Below, in pieces: positions 18,376-27,680 of a DNA stretch of 46,319 nt. Source of the DNA: an uncultured Bacteroidales bacterium (GTDB taxonomy: Bacteria; Bacteroidota; Bacteroidia; Bacteroidales; UBA932); the NCBI GenBank assembly GCA_900319685.1, contig ONPI01000010.1, forward strand, positions 1 through 46,319, written 5' to 3'. The notes beneath the pieces were generated by a model. It was not told the origin of the DNA, made no database searches, and worked only from the letters and a program-made list of their open reading frames with translations. Made by a program: the position numbers and the translations under genes. Within the stretch, counting starts at the first letter, position 1. Each line of letters opens with the position of its first letter.

Positions 18376-21135
18376 ATGACAGACGAAAAGGACTATATTG
18401 AAAACGGCGACGAAGAACTGGACGAGGCCCCTGTAGAAGAGACCGCGGAAACCGTATCCGGGAAATACGACAGGCTGCTCAGTTCCGACAGCAGGAAATA
18501 CAAGCTTTCCGGGATGTTCAAGGACTGGTTCCTTGACTATTCCTCTTACGTTATCCTCCAGAGGGCCGTTCCCCACATCGTGGACGGCTTGAAACCGGTT
18601 CAGAGGCGTGTCCTCCACGCGATGTACAAGATGGACGACGGCAGCTACACCAAGGTGGCGAACATCGTCGGCCAGGCGATGCAGTACCATCCTCACGGAG
18701 ACCAGTCCATCCTCGGAGCCCTCGTGCAGCTTGGCCAGAAGGGCCTTCTGATCGACTGCCAGGGTAACTGGGGCAACATCCTCACCGGCGACAGCAACGC
18801 AGCTCCCCGTTACATCGAGGCCCGCCTGAGCAAGTTCGCCAAGGAAGTTGTATTCGATCCGAAGATAACCCATTGGATGACCTCCTACGATGGACGCAAC
18901 CAGGAACCTACGGAGCTCCCGGTACGATTCCCTCTCCTGCTGGCCCAAGGCACGGAAGGTATCGCCGTCGGTATGGCCTCCAAGATACTCCCGCACAACT
19001 TCAACGAACTCCTCGACGCTTCCGTAGCCATCCTCGAAGGCAAGGACTTCACGATATACCCTGACTTCCCTACCGGAGGAAGCGCGGACTGCAGCAACTA
19101 CAAGGATGGAGCAAGGGGCGGCAGCGTAAAGGTGCGCGCAAAGATCGACAAGATAGACAAGAACACCCTTGCTATAACCGAGATTCCTTACGGGAAGACT
19201 TCTGAAGCCATCAAGGATTCCATAATCAGGGCGAAGGACAAAGGCAAGATCAAGATCAAGAAGATCGAGGATATGACCACCGAGAAGGTAGAGATCATCA
19301 TCCACCTTCCGAACGATGTCTCTCCTGACAAGACCATAGATGCTCTGTACGCTTTCACGGACTGCGAATGCAACATCGCGCCGAATGCCTGCGTCATCAT
19401 CGATGACAAGCCTCAGTTCCTCAGTGTCAAGGACATACTGATCTACGACACCAATCATACCAGGGACCTCCTGAAGTGGCAGCTTGAAATCCGTCTGGGC
19501 GAGCTCGAAGACGAATGGCACTACGATTCCCTCGAAAGGATATTCTTCGAGAACCGCGTGTACAAGATCCTCGAGCAGGATCAGAAGTCCTGGGAAGACC
19601 AGCTGCAGGACGTGTTTGCGGAGATGAAGAACTACCAGGACCTCCTGCGCCGCGAGATCGTGATGGAAGACATCCACAAACTCGTCGAGAAGCCTGTGCG
19701 CAAGATCTCCAAGTTCGACACCAAGGCCATGGACGAAAAGATCCTGGCCATCGAAGCCGAGATGGAGAAGGTCAGGGACAATATCGAGAACATCACCAGG
19801 TACACGATCGACTGGTTCAAGGGCCTGAAGCAGAAATACGGCAAGCCTTTCAAGCGCCTTACCGAGATCTCTGCCTTCGAGACCATCGCAGTCACCAAGG
19901 TCGTCAGCAACAACGCCAAGCTTTACGCCAACTACGCTGAAGGCTTCGTGGGACTGAACCTGAAGAAGGACGACAACGGTGAATTGGTCAGCGAGTGCTC
20001 CGACCTATCGGAGATCCTCGTAATCGCCAAGGACGGCAAGTACCGGATCACGAAGGTCACGGACAAAGCCTTCTTCTGGAAGGACCTCCTGTATGTAGGA
20101 GTATTCAACAGAGGCGACACCAGGACGATCTACAACGTCATCTACCGTGAAGGCAAGAGCAGTCTGTCCTACGCGAAGCGGTTCGCCATCACCAGCGTCA
20201 CCAGGGACAAGGACTACGACATCACCACCGGCGCCCCTGGATCCAAGATCCTCTGGTTCAGCGTGAACCACAACGGTGAGGCGGAAGCTGTGAGGATATA
20301 TCTCCGGCCGCGTCCTAAGCTCAAGAAGACCCAGCTGGAATATGATTTCTCGACCTTGGCGATAAAGGGCAAGGTATCCCGAGGCAACCTGGTATCCAAG
20401 AACCCTATTTCGAGGATACAGCTCAAGAGCAAGGGCGTGTCCACGATTGGCGGCAAGGATATCTGGTACGATGCCGACATCCAGAAGCTGAATGACGAGC
20501 AGAGAGGTCTCTACCTCGGAGAGTTCGGTCCGGAAGACAAGGTGCTTGCCATCTTCAAGGACGGCACCTTCTACACTACATCCTTCGATGTATCCAACCG
20601 ATATCAGGGCCAGGTCCTCAGGATCGAGAAGTTCGACCCTGACAAGACCTTCACCGCCCTGTACTACGATGCTACGGCCAAATCCTTCTATGTCAAGAGG
20701 TTCAGCTTCGTCCTGAGCGACAATACACCGCAATCGTTCATCGCTCCGGGAGCCAAATCATACCTGGTGGACATCTCGGACGACAAGCATCCTCGCTTCC
20801 AGGTGATATTCGGAAAGAAATACGAGCACCGCGATCCGGAGGTGATCGATGCCGAGGAGTATATCGCCAAGAAGGGATATACCGCAAAGGGCAAGAAGTG
20901 CCACCAGTATGACATCAAGAAAGTCAAGTTCGTGGAGCCTCTGCAGAAGCCGGAAGACGAGATCCCTGAACCAGTCGAGGAAGAGCCTGTGGCAGAGGTG
21001 CCTGAGGCTGAGGTTCCTGCAACGGAGCCTGAGGAGACTCCGCTTGACATAATCGAACCGGGTTTCGGAGCCAAACTTCCGGACATCGACAACATCCCGG
21101 ACATCGGCGAGATCGAAGAACCGACCTTATTCTGA
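18376..21135 (+). CDS. parC: Type IIA topoisomerase subunit A (Bacteroidota ParC-type)
   Basis: DGLKPVQRR, YHPHGD, catalytic AAPRYIE, GIAVGMA and PDFPTGG. No GyrA box evident; acidic C-terminal tail. Confidence 0.88.
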   Translation: MTDEKDYIENGDEELDEAPVEETAETVSGKYDRLLSSDSRKYKLSGMFKDWFLDYSSYVILQRAVPHIVDGLKPVQRRVLHAMYKMDDGSYTKVANIVGQAMQYHPHGDQSILGALVQLGQKGLLIDCQGNWGNILTGDSNAAPRYIEARLSKFAKEVVFDPKITHWMTSYDGRNQEPTELPVRFPLLLAQGTEGIAVGMASKILPHNFNELLDASVAILEGKDFTIYPDFPTGGSADCSNYKDGARGGSVKVRAKIDKIDKNTLAITEIPYGKTSEAIKDSIIRAKDKGKIKIKKIEDMTTEKVEIIIHLPNDVSPDKTIDALYAFTDCECNIAPNACVIIDDKPQFLSVKDILIYDTNHTRDLLKWQLEIRLGELEDEWHYDSLERIFFENRVYKILEQDQKSWEDQLQDVFAEMKNYQDLLRREIVMEDIHKLVEKPVRKISKFDTKAMDEKILAIEAEMEKVRDNIENITRYTIDWFKGLKQKYGKPFKRLTEISAFETIAVTKVVSNNAKLYANYAEGFVGLNLKKDDNGELVSECSDLSEILVIAKDGKYRITKVTDKAFFWKDLLYVGVFNRGDTRTIYNVIYREGKSSLSYAKRFAITSVTRDKDYDITTGAPGSKILWFSVNHNGEAEAVRIYLRPRPKLKKTQLEYDFSTLAIKGKVSRGNLVSKNPISRIQLKSKGVSTIGGKDIWYDADIQKLNDEQRGLYLGEFGPEDKVLAIFKDGTFYTTSFDVSNRYQGQVLRIEKFDPDKTFTALYYDATAKSFYVKRFSFVLSDNTPQSFIAPGAKSYLVDISDDKHPRFQVIFGKKYEHRDPEVIDAEEYIAKKGYTAKGKKCHQYDIKKVKFVEPLQKPEDEIPEPVEEEPVAEVPEAEVPATEPEETPLDIIEPGFGAKLPDIDNIPDIGEIEEPTLF

Positions 21136-21141
21136 CAAGCG

Positions 21142-21669
21142 ATGGACTGCAACATAGCCCTCACCGGCTTCATGGGAAGCGGCAAGACAAGTGTCGGGAA
21201 GGAACTCAGGAAGCTCCTGCCCGACCTTGAATTCATCGATCTCGATGCCTACATCGAGGCGATGACCGGAACCGGCATCCCGGAAATCTTCGAGTCTCAG
21301 GGTGAAGAAGCTTTCAGGAATATGGAAAAGATGGCGCTCCAGGACATATTCGATACCAACGAGATGCTCGGGACCAAGTCCATCCTGGCGCTGGGGGGCG
21401 GCACGGTGATGACTGATGCTTGCCGGAGGATGGTGAGGCGGAACTGCAGGTGTTTCTACCTGCGTGCTTCGCTAGATACCTTGGTTTCCAATCTCAAGGA
21501 GGATTCCGGGAACCGTCCTCTGCTCAGATCCGGAAAGGACCTCCGAAGCACGGTAAAAGGTCTTATGGAACTCAGGGGTCCGGTATACGAAAGTGCTGCC
21601 CACTACATAATCGACATCGACGGCAAGACTCCCACCGAAATCGCCGTCGACATCATAACATCCTTGTAA
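21142..21669 (+). CDS. aroK: Shikimate kinase
   Basis: GFMGSGKT, DLD, GEEAFR, ALGGG, RPLL. Confidence 0.92.
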   Translation: MDCNIALTGFMGSGKTSVGKELRKLLPDLEFIDLDAYIEAMTGTGIPEIFESQGEEAFRNMEKMALQDIFDTNEMLGTKSILALGGGTVMTDACRRMVRRNCRCFYLRASLDTLVSNLKEDSGNRPLLRSGKDLRSTVKGLMELRGPVYESAAHYIIDIDGKTPTEIAVDIITSL

Positions 21670-21680
21670 TCAGTTATTTC

Positions 21681-22475
21681 TCAGGATCGTCTCTGGCGGA
21701 CGGCTTCGAAGAGGAGCACTGCGGCGGAGACGGATACGTTCAGGGAGTCCAGTTCTCCCAGCATAGGGATGCGGATATGGGCGTCTGCGGCCTCGCGCCA
21801 ACAATCGGTCAGGCCTGTGGACTCTGTCCCCATCACGATAGCCACCGGACTCTTCATGTCCGCATCATAATAAAGATCCGAATCCTGAAGCTGCGCGGTC
21901 AGGATCCTTATGCCTTTCGATTTCAGCCAGGAAATGGTCTCCTCGGACCCTGCGGCTGCCACCTGCCTTGAAAAGACCGCACCTATGCTTGCACGGATGA
22001 GATTCGGATTGAACAAGTCCGTGAGCGGGTCGCATACTATCACGGCATCGGCTCCGGCTGCGTCGGCGCTTCTAAGCACGGCGCCCAGGTTGCCGGGTTT
22101 CTCCACACTCTCGAGCACGACCAACAGAGGGTTCTCTCCCAACTTGATGTCATCAAGGGTGCGCTCCTTGTATTTCACCTCCGCGACCACGCCCTCGGTG
22201 CCTTCCCTGTAAGCTATCTTCCCATAGACATCCCGGCTCACATGGACGATCCGGCATTCCTTCCCCTGGAGCAAGCCCGAAAGGTCCTCCTCGCCGAATA
22301 TCTCGGGGCATACGAATACCGTGTCCGGCTCGAATCCGGCGTTCAGGCAATGGCCTATCTCACGACGGCCTTCAACCACGAAAAGCCCACGCTCACGGCG
22401 CAGGCGGGACTTCTCCTGCAATGCGAGCAGATCCTTGACTTTCGGATTCTGTGCCGACGTGATACGCTCAACCAT
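21681..22475 (-). CDS. TrmH/SpoU family RNA 2'-O-methyltransferase
   Basis: EKPGNLGAVLRSADAAG, MGTESTGL, IPMLG..DSLNVSVSAA. Confidence 0.92.
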   Translation of the reverse strand: MVERITSAQNPKVKDLLALQEKSRLRRERGLFVVEGRREIGHCLNAGFEPDTVFVCPEIFGEEDLSGLLQGKECRIVHVSRDVYGKIAYREGTEGVVAEVKYKERTLDDIKLGENPLLVVLESVEKPGNLGAVLRSADAAGADAVIVCDPLTDLFNPNLIRASIGAVFSRQVAAAGSEETISWLKSKGIRILTAQLQDSDLYYDADMKSPVAIVMGTESTGLTDCWREAADAHIRIPMLGELDSLNVSVSAAVLLFEAVRQRRS

Positions 22476-22489
22476 CTTGAAAAGACCTA

Positions 22490-23275
22490 TTAGTACTCCA
22501 GCACAGCCTTGATCAGCTTGTACTTGCTGACCATGCCGGTAGCACTCGTTTCGTGAGAACGTGTGCGGGTATTGTACGCAAGATACCGTTCACCGTCGAT
22601 GAATACGAAGCCCGGTGCGGCCAGGACCCAATGCTCATCAGGCTCAACCCAGCGGTTGAGCTCGCATGGGAGCTGGCGGATGAAAGGACCGTCGGTAACA
22701 TAGCATCGGAAGGTGCAGGTGTCCGTAGTTCCGCCATGCGTGTTATAGTAAGTAGGGAACAGCAGGTCGTAACGCTCGTCCACCTTGCAGGCTGCCGTAT
22801 TGTACAGGAAGTCTCCAGCCAGGATCTCCGTGTCGGTGATCTGATTCCCTTGCATATCGAACTCCGCGACGGTCATCCTCCGGTTCCTGTATCTTTCCTG
22901 GGTAAGCCTGGAGTATAGCTTCAAGCGTTTGCCACGGGGGATCATCACGTTCTGGGTGTCGTGCAGCTTGTCGTAGAGCATCTTCCTGTCGGTAAACTCC
23001 AGTCCGTCCTTCGACTTCCATAGGAAAAGACCGCGCTCCCACATCTTCTCGCCGATCCACTGACTGCCGACCATGCGGTATGGAATGAAATACATGCGGT
23101 ATGTACCATCCGGGATCCGGATGATGTTGAACATGTTGATGAGCTGCATCCCGAAATCCTGGTTGGCGACAATCTCTACAGGAGGCTCGGGGAAACTGAC
23201 TCCTACGGGAGCCTTGACTCTGCCGCATGAGAACAACAACGCAGCGACGGAGCAGATAAGAAGGATCCGTTTCAT
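22490..23275 (-). CDS. Hypothetical lipoprotein, possibly a beta-propeller (glycoside-hydrolase-like) fragment
   Basis: Lipobox LLFSC (Cys17). DGTYRMY, SKDG.EF and HDTQN segments resemble propeller blades. Confidence 0.6.
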   Translation of the reverse strand: MKRILLICSVAALLFSCGRVKAPVGVSFPEPPVEIVANQDFGMQLINMFNIIRIPDGTYRMYFIPYRMVGSQWIGEKMWERGLFLWKSKDGLEFTDRKMLYDKLHDTQNVMIPRGKRLKLYSRLTQERYRNRRMTVAEFDMQGNQITDTEILAGDFLYNTAACKVDERYDLLFPTYYNTHGGTTDTCTFRCYVTDGPFIRQLPCELNRWVEPDEHWVLAAPGFVFIDGERYLAYNTRTRSHETSATGMVSKYKLIKAVLEY

Positions 23276-23297
23276 AATGGTTTGTGTTGGACGGGTG

Positions 23298-24842
23298 TCA
23301 AGCTTCTGCCTTATCTTCCTTCTTCAGCGCCTTTTCCGGACGCATCTGAGGGAAGAACAGCACATCCTGGATGGTGGTCTGGCCGGTCATGAACATAGTC
23401 AGGCGGTCGATTCCCATTCCCAGTCCGGAAGTAGGAGGCATTCCATATTCAAGGGCGCGGACAAAGTCATAGTCGATGAACATGGCCTCGTCGTCTCCGT
23501 GGCTCTTAAGGGCTGCCTGTTCCTCGAACCTCTCGAGCTGGTCGATAGGATCGTTCAGCTCTGAATATGCATTGGCGAGTTCCTTGCCGCAGACGAAGAG
23601 TTCGAAGCGCTCCGTGAGGTCAGGATTCTCCCTGTGCCTCTTCGTAAGAGGAGACATGGAAACCGGATAGTCGATGATGTAGGTCGGCTCCACAAGGTGC
23701 TCTTCGCAGTACTGCCCGAATATGGCATCGATCAGCTTGCCCTCGCCCATGGTCGGATCGAACTCTACCCCAAGCTTGGTGCAGGTCGCTCGAAGCTCAT
23801 CGACACCCATTCCGGCCACATCCACACCAGCATATTCCTTGATAGCCTGGAGGATCGGAAGGCGGCGGTAGCCGGCCTTGAAGTCGACCTCGTGCTCCCC
23901 GATCTTGACCTTGGTGGTGCCATGGAGCTTCAGGGCGATCTTCTCGAGCATCTTCTCCACGAACTCCATCATCCAGATGTAGTCCTTGTAAGCGACGTAG
24001 ATCTCCATGCAGGTGAACTCCGGGTTGTGGGTCTTGTCCATTCCCTCGTTGCGGAAATCCTTCGCAAACTCATATACTCCGTTATAGCCACCCACGATCA
24101 GCCTCTTCAGATAAAGCTCGTTGGCTATCCTCATGTAGAGGTCGATGTCCAATGCGTTGTGATGGGTGATGAAAGGCCTTGCCGTAGCTCCGCCCGGAAT
24201 AGACTGGAGGATAGGGGTTTCCACCTCGAGGCAGCCAGCCTCGTTGAAATACTCACGCATCGTCGCGATGATCTGGGACCTCTGCACGAATACCTCGCGG
24301 ACCTGCGGGTTGACGATGAGGTCCACGTACCTCTGGCGGTAACGCAGCTCAGGATCGGAGAAGCCGTCATAGACATTGCCATCTGCGTCCGTCTTGACGA
24401 TCGGAAGGACCCTCAGGGACTTGCTGAGCACGGTAAGCTCCTTGGCGTGGACACTCAGCTGGCCGGTCTGGGTAATGAAGGCAAATCCCTTGATACCGAT
24501 TATGTCACCGATGTCGAGGAGTTTCTTCCAGACGGTATTGTACATCGTCTTGTCCTCTCCCGGACATATCTCATCCCTCTTGACGTAGATCTGGATCCTG
24601 CCCGTGGAATCCTGGATCTCTCCGAAAGAAGCCGCACCCATGATCCTGCGGGACATCAGCCTTCCGGCTATGCACACTTCCTGGAAATTGCCCTCCTCCG
24701 GATCATATCCTTCCTCGATGCACTTTGCGGTGGCATTGACCGGATAAAGAGGTGCCGGATAAGGATTGATGCCCAGTTCCCTTAACTTGGCAAGAGATTC
24801 GCGCCTGATGACCTCCTGCTCGCTGAGTTCGATGTTTGCCAT
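23298..24842 (-). CDS. lysS: Lysine--tRNA ligase (class II)
   Basis: OB-fold anticodon domain, [31 protein letters not shown]. Confidence 0.97.
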   Translation of the reverse strand: MANIELSEQEVIRRESLAKLRELGINPYPAPLYPVNATAKCIEEGYDPEEGNFQEVCIAGRLMSRRIMGAASFGEIQDSTGRIQIYVKRDEICPGEDKTMYNTVWKKLLDIGDIIGIKGFAFITQTGQLSVHAKELTVLSKSLRVLPIVKTDADGNVYDGFSDPELRYRQRYVDLIVNPQVREVFVQRSQIIATMREYFNEAGCLEVETPILQSIPGGATARPFITHHNALDIDLYMRIANELYLKRLIVGGYNGVYEFAKDFRNEGMDKTHNPEFTCMEIYVAYKDYIWMMEFVEKMLEKIALKLHGTTKVKIGEHEVDFKAGYRRLPILQAIKEYAGVDVAGMGVDELRATCTKLGVEFDPTMGEGKLIDAIFGQYCEEHLVEPTYIIDYPVSMSPLTKRHRENPDLTERFELFVCGKELANAYSELNDPIDQLERFEEQAALKSHGDDEAMFIDYDFVRALEYGMPPTSGLGMGIDRLTMFMTGQTTIQDVLFFPQMRPEKALKKEDKAEA

Positions 24843-24893
24843 ATCTTGTAGAGTTTATTTCAACCAAAAAGGCCGTTCAGCGGCCCTGTTATG

Positions 24894-24901
24894 CAAAATT
24901 A
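24894..24901 (-). promoter_or_regulatory. Bacteroidota -7 promoter element for lysS
   Basis: The minus strand reads TAATTTTG(CA). Confidence 0.6.
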
Positions 24902-24934
24902 CTACTTTTAATTCACATTCTGAAATTAAATCCT

Positions 24935-24942
24935 TATCTTTG
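24935..24942 (+). promoter_or_regulatory. Bacteroidota -7 promoter element for recJ
   Basis: TATCTTTG ends 6 nt before ATG 24949. Confidence 0.6.
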
Positions 24943-24948
24943 TGTATT

Positions 24949-26682
24949 ATGGCAAAAGAGCGTAAATGGATAGTCAAGGAGCAGGCCGATCCTGAGAAGG
25001 TGGGAAGACTTTCCGCCGAACTGGGCATCGACCGCGTACTTGTCGAACTGCTCGTCAAAAGAGGCGTCGAGACCTTCGAGCAGGCACGCTCCTTCTTCCG
25101 CCCCAGCCTCCAGGACCTCCATGACCCATTCCTGATGAAGGATATGGACGTCGCGGTGGACAGGGTGAGGAAAGCCATAACATCCGAAGAGAAGATCCTG
25201 GTGTACGGGGACTATGATGTGGACGGAACCACAGCTGTAGCCCTCGTATATTCTTTCCTGAAGCGATATTCCTCGAAGGTGGATTTCTATATCCCGGACC
25301 GCTACGACGAAGGTTACGGCCTTTCCTACAAAGGCATCGACTGGGCAAGCGACGGCGGCTTCGGGCTGATCATCACCCTTGACTGCGGCATCAAGGCGAA
25401 CGAGAAGGTCGAATATGCCAAGACGAAGGGTATAGACGTGATCATCTGCGACCATCATCTCCCGGAAGAGACCCTTCCTCCGGCTGTGGCCGTACTTGAT
25501 CCGAAGCGCGAAGACGATTCCTATCCTTTCGACGACCTGAGCGGCTGCGGAGTGGGATTCAAGCTGGTGCAGGCATATTCCAAGAAATTCGGCATCCCGT
25601 TCGAGACCCTCACTCCCCTGCTGGACCTGCTTGTGGTAAGCATATCCGCCGACCTGGTCACCATGGTCGGAGAGAACAGGGTCCTGGCCCACTTCGGCCT
25701 AAAGCAGCTGAACGAGAATCCGCGCAAGGGCCTCCTGGCCATGGCCACCCTCTCGAAGCTTGAGCCTGGACACCTTACCATCGACGACATCGTATTCAAG
25801 ATCGGCCCGCGCATCAACGCTGCCGGAAGGATGGAGACAGGGCGCCTGGCCGTAGAGCTCCTGACCGCCTCGGACGACCATTTCGCCAACGTCATAGGAG
25901 AACAGATCAACGACAACAACAACGAGCGCAAGAGCATCGACCGGGAAATAACCCAGGAAGCTCTCGAGATGGTCCATAAGGGTACCGCCCTTTCGACAAA
26001 GGCCGCCACGATAGTATATAACCCTACCTGGAACAAGGGTGTGGTCGGAATCGTCGCCTCCCGCCTCGTGGAGGCTTTCTACAAGCCGACCATCGTGCTA
26101 ACAAAATCCAACGGATTCATCACCGGTTCCGCCAGGAGCGTGTCCGGATTCGACCTGTACGAAGCCATCGAAAGCTGCGCAGACCTCCTTGAGAATTTCG
26201 GCGGGCATGTCTATGCGGCCGGCCTCACCCTCAAGGAAGCGAACCTGAAAGAGTTCGTCGAACGCATCGACAAGTTCATCGGGGAAAAGATCACAGAAGA
26301 GATGCTGACCCCGGTTACCGAGATTGACGCCAAACTGGAATTCAGCCAGATAACCCCTAAGTTCTTCCGCCTCCTGAAGCAGTTCCAGCCTTTCGGGCCA
26401 GGGAACAACAACCCTATATTCCTGACCGAGAACGTCTCCGACGGCGGCAACGGCCGCAAGGTGGGAGCCGGAGGTGTGCACATGAAGCTGGACCTGATCG
26501 ACGAGAAGCAGCCGTTCCACCAGATCCCGGCCATCGCCTTCAACATGGCCGACTACTTCGAGTACATCAAGGCCGGCAATCCGTTCGACATCTGCTATTC
26601 GATAGTGGAGAACTACTACCGTGGCAATTCCACCCTCCAGCTCAGGATCAAGGACATCAAGGAGCGCGAGGAATTCATTTAA
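24949..26682 (+). CDS. recJ: Single-stranded-DNA exonuclease RecJ
   Basis: YGDYDVDG, DCG, DHH, GPRINAAGR, GSARS, GGH..AAG. Start at MAKERKW. Confidence 0.95.
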   Translation: MAKERKWIVKEQADPEKVGRLSAELGIDRVLVELLVKRGVETFEQARSFFRPSLQDLHDPFLMKDMDVAVDRVRKAITSEEKILVYGDYDVDGTTAVALVYSFLKRYSSKVDFYIPDRYDEGYGLSYKGIDWASDGGFGLIITLDCGIKANEKVEYAKTKGIDVIICDHHLPEETLPPAVAVLDPKREDDSYPFDDLSGCGVGFKLVQAYSKKFGIPFETLTPLLDLLVVSISADLVTMVGENRVLAHFGLKQLNENPRKGLLAMATLSKLEPGHLTIDDIVFKIGPRINAAGRMETGRLAVELLTASDDHFANVIGEQINDNNNERKSIDREITQEALEMVHKGTALSTKAATIVYNPTWNKGVVGIVASRLVEAFYKPTIVLTKSNGFITGSARSVSGFDLYEAIESCADLLENFGGHVYAAGLTLKEANLKEFVERIDKFIGEKITEEMLTPVTEIDAKLEFSQITPKFFRLLKQFQPFGPGNNNPIFLTENVSDGGNGRKVGAGGVHMKLDLIDEKQPFHQIPAIAFNMADYFEYIKAGNPFDICYSIVENYYRGNSTLQLRIKDIKEREEFI

Positions 26683-26697
26683 GCCCCAGATACCATA

Positions 26698-27651
26698 ATG
26701 CGTAAATTCGGCCTGATCGGAGACCCCATCTCCAAATCCGGGAGTCCTTCCCTTTTCCGCGCCGCCTACCGCAACGAAGAGCAGGAGGACGGCAGCCCAT
26801 ATTCATACGACCTGATCGAAGGATGCGATTTCGAAGCCTCCTGGGACATTTTCATCAAGGAATATTCCGCCATCAACGTGACCGCTCCTTTCAAGGAGAA
26901 GGCATACGCCAGGGTGGAGGAGCTTTCGGAACTGGGCAAAGGTCTCGTCAGCGGGCCCGCGGCCAGGATAGGCGCTTCCAACCTTCTGGTCAAGACTTCG
27001 GAAGGTATCGCCGCGCACAACTCCGACTTCACCGGGATAGTCGTCGCTGTCGCTGAAGCCTATTATCCCGGTATCGTCGAAGAATTCATCAAGGAATATG
27101 GCAGCAACTTCTGCATCAAGGTCCATCAGTTCTTCCTGATGAGCCTCGGCAGGAGATTCACCTCCCAGCCCCAGGCCCTGATCGTTGGTTGCGGTGGAGC
27201 CGGCCGGGCAGCGGCGGTGGCGGCAGCCGAGCTGGGCTTCGCAACGGTATTGATGAACCGCACCGAGGACAAGGCCCGCGAGATTGCGGAAGCTATGCCT
27301 GAATATGGCTTCCTGGTGGATCCGATCGCCGATTTCAAGGAAGCACTGAGAGAATGCGACCTGGTGATCTACACGGTCCCTGCCGCCATTCCGCAGATCC
27401 AGGAACTGTCGGCCGACCATTTCCTGCAGGAAGGATGCTCCTGCGATAGCAAGGTAATCCTTGAAGCCAACTACAAGGACCCTTCGTTCGACGAAGGGAC
27501 CCGAGTCAAGATAGCTGCCGCCGATGGAACATATATCCCTGGCACCAAATGGCTTCTGTACCAAGCTCTTACCGGTTATCCTCTGATGACCGGGCTGGAA
27601 CCCGACCTGGATGCGATGAAGCAGAGTCTCCTTGGAACGGTTTTTGGTTAG
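26698..27651 (+). CDS. aroE: Shikimate dehydrogenase family protein
   Basis: GLIGDPISKSGSP, NVTAPFKE, HNSD, GCGGAG, NRT and LLYQA. Confidence 0.78.
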   Translation: MRKFGLIGDPISKSGSPSLFRAAYRNEEQEDGSPYSYDLIEGCDFEASWDIFIKEYSAINVTAPFKEKAYARVEELSELGKGLVSGPAARIGASNLLVKTSEGIAAHNSDFTGIVVAVAEAYYPGIVEEFIKEYGSNFCIKVHQFFLMSLGRRFTSQPQALIVGCGGAGRAAAVAAAELGFATVLMNRTEDKAREIAEAMPEYGFLVDPIADFKEALRECDLVIYTVPAAIPQIQELSADHFLQEGCSCDSKVILEANYKDPSFDEGTRVKIAAADGTYIPGTKWLLYQALTGYPLMTGLEPDLDAMKQSLLGTVFG

Positions 27652-27680
27652 GTCTGTTCAAGACCCTAATCTAACTGAAT

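Noticed and set aside
17932-19677. 581-aa antisense ORF over era/parC (also 23634-24785 over lysS, 36010-37281 over the KS, 11114-12148 and 41329-42270)
   Set aside because: These are shadow ORFs opposite well-conserved genes. Biased codon usage removes antisense stops, and the translations show no recognisable motifs.
24766-24948. N-terminal extensions in the ORF track (recJ, comM, truA, fabG, aryl-CoA ligase, 44576 gene)
   Set aside because: They run through promoter or intergenic DNA or overlap neighbouring genes. Downstream ATGs match the expected family N-termini.
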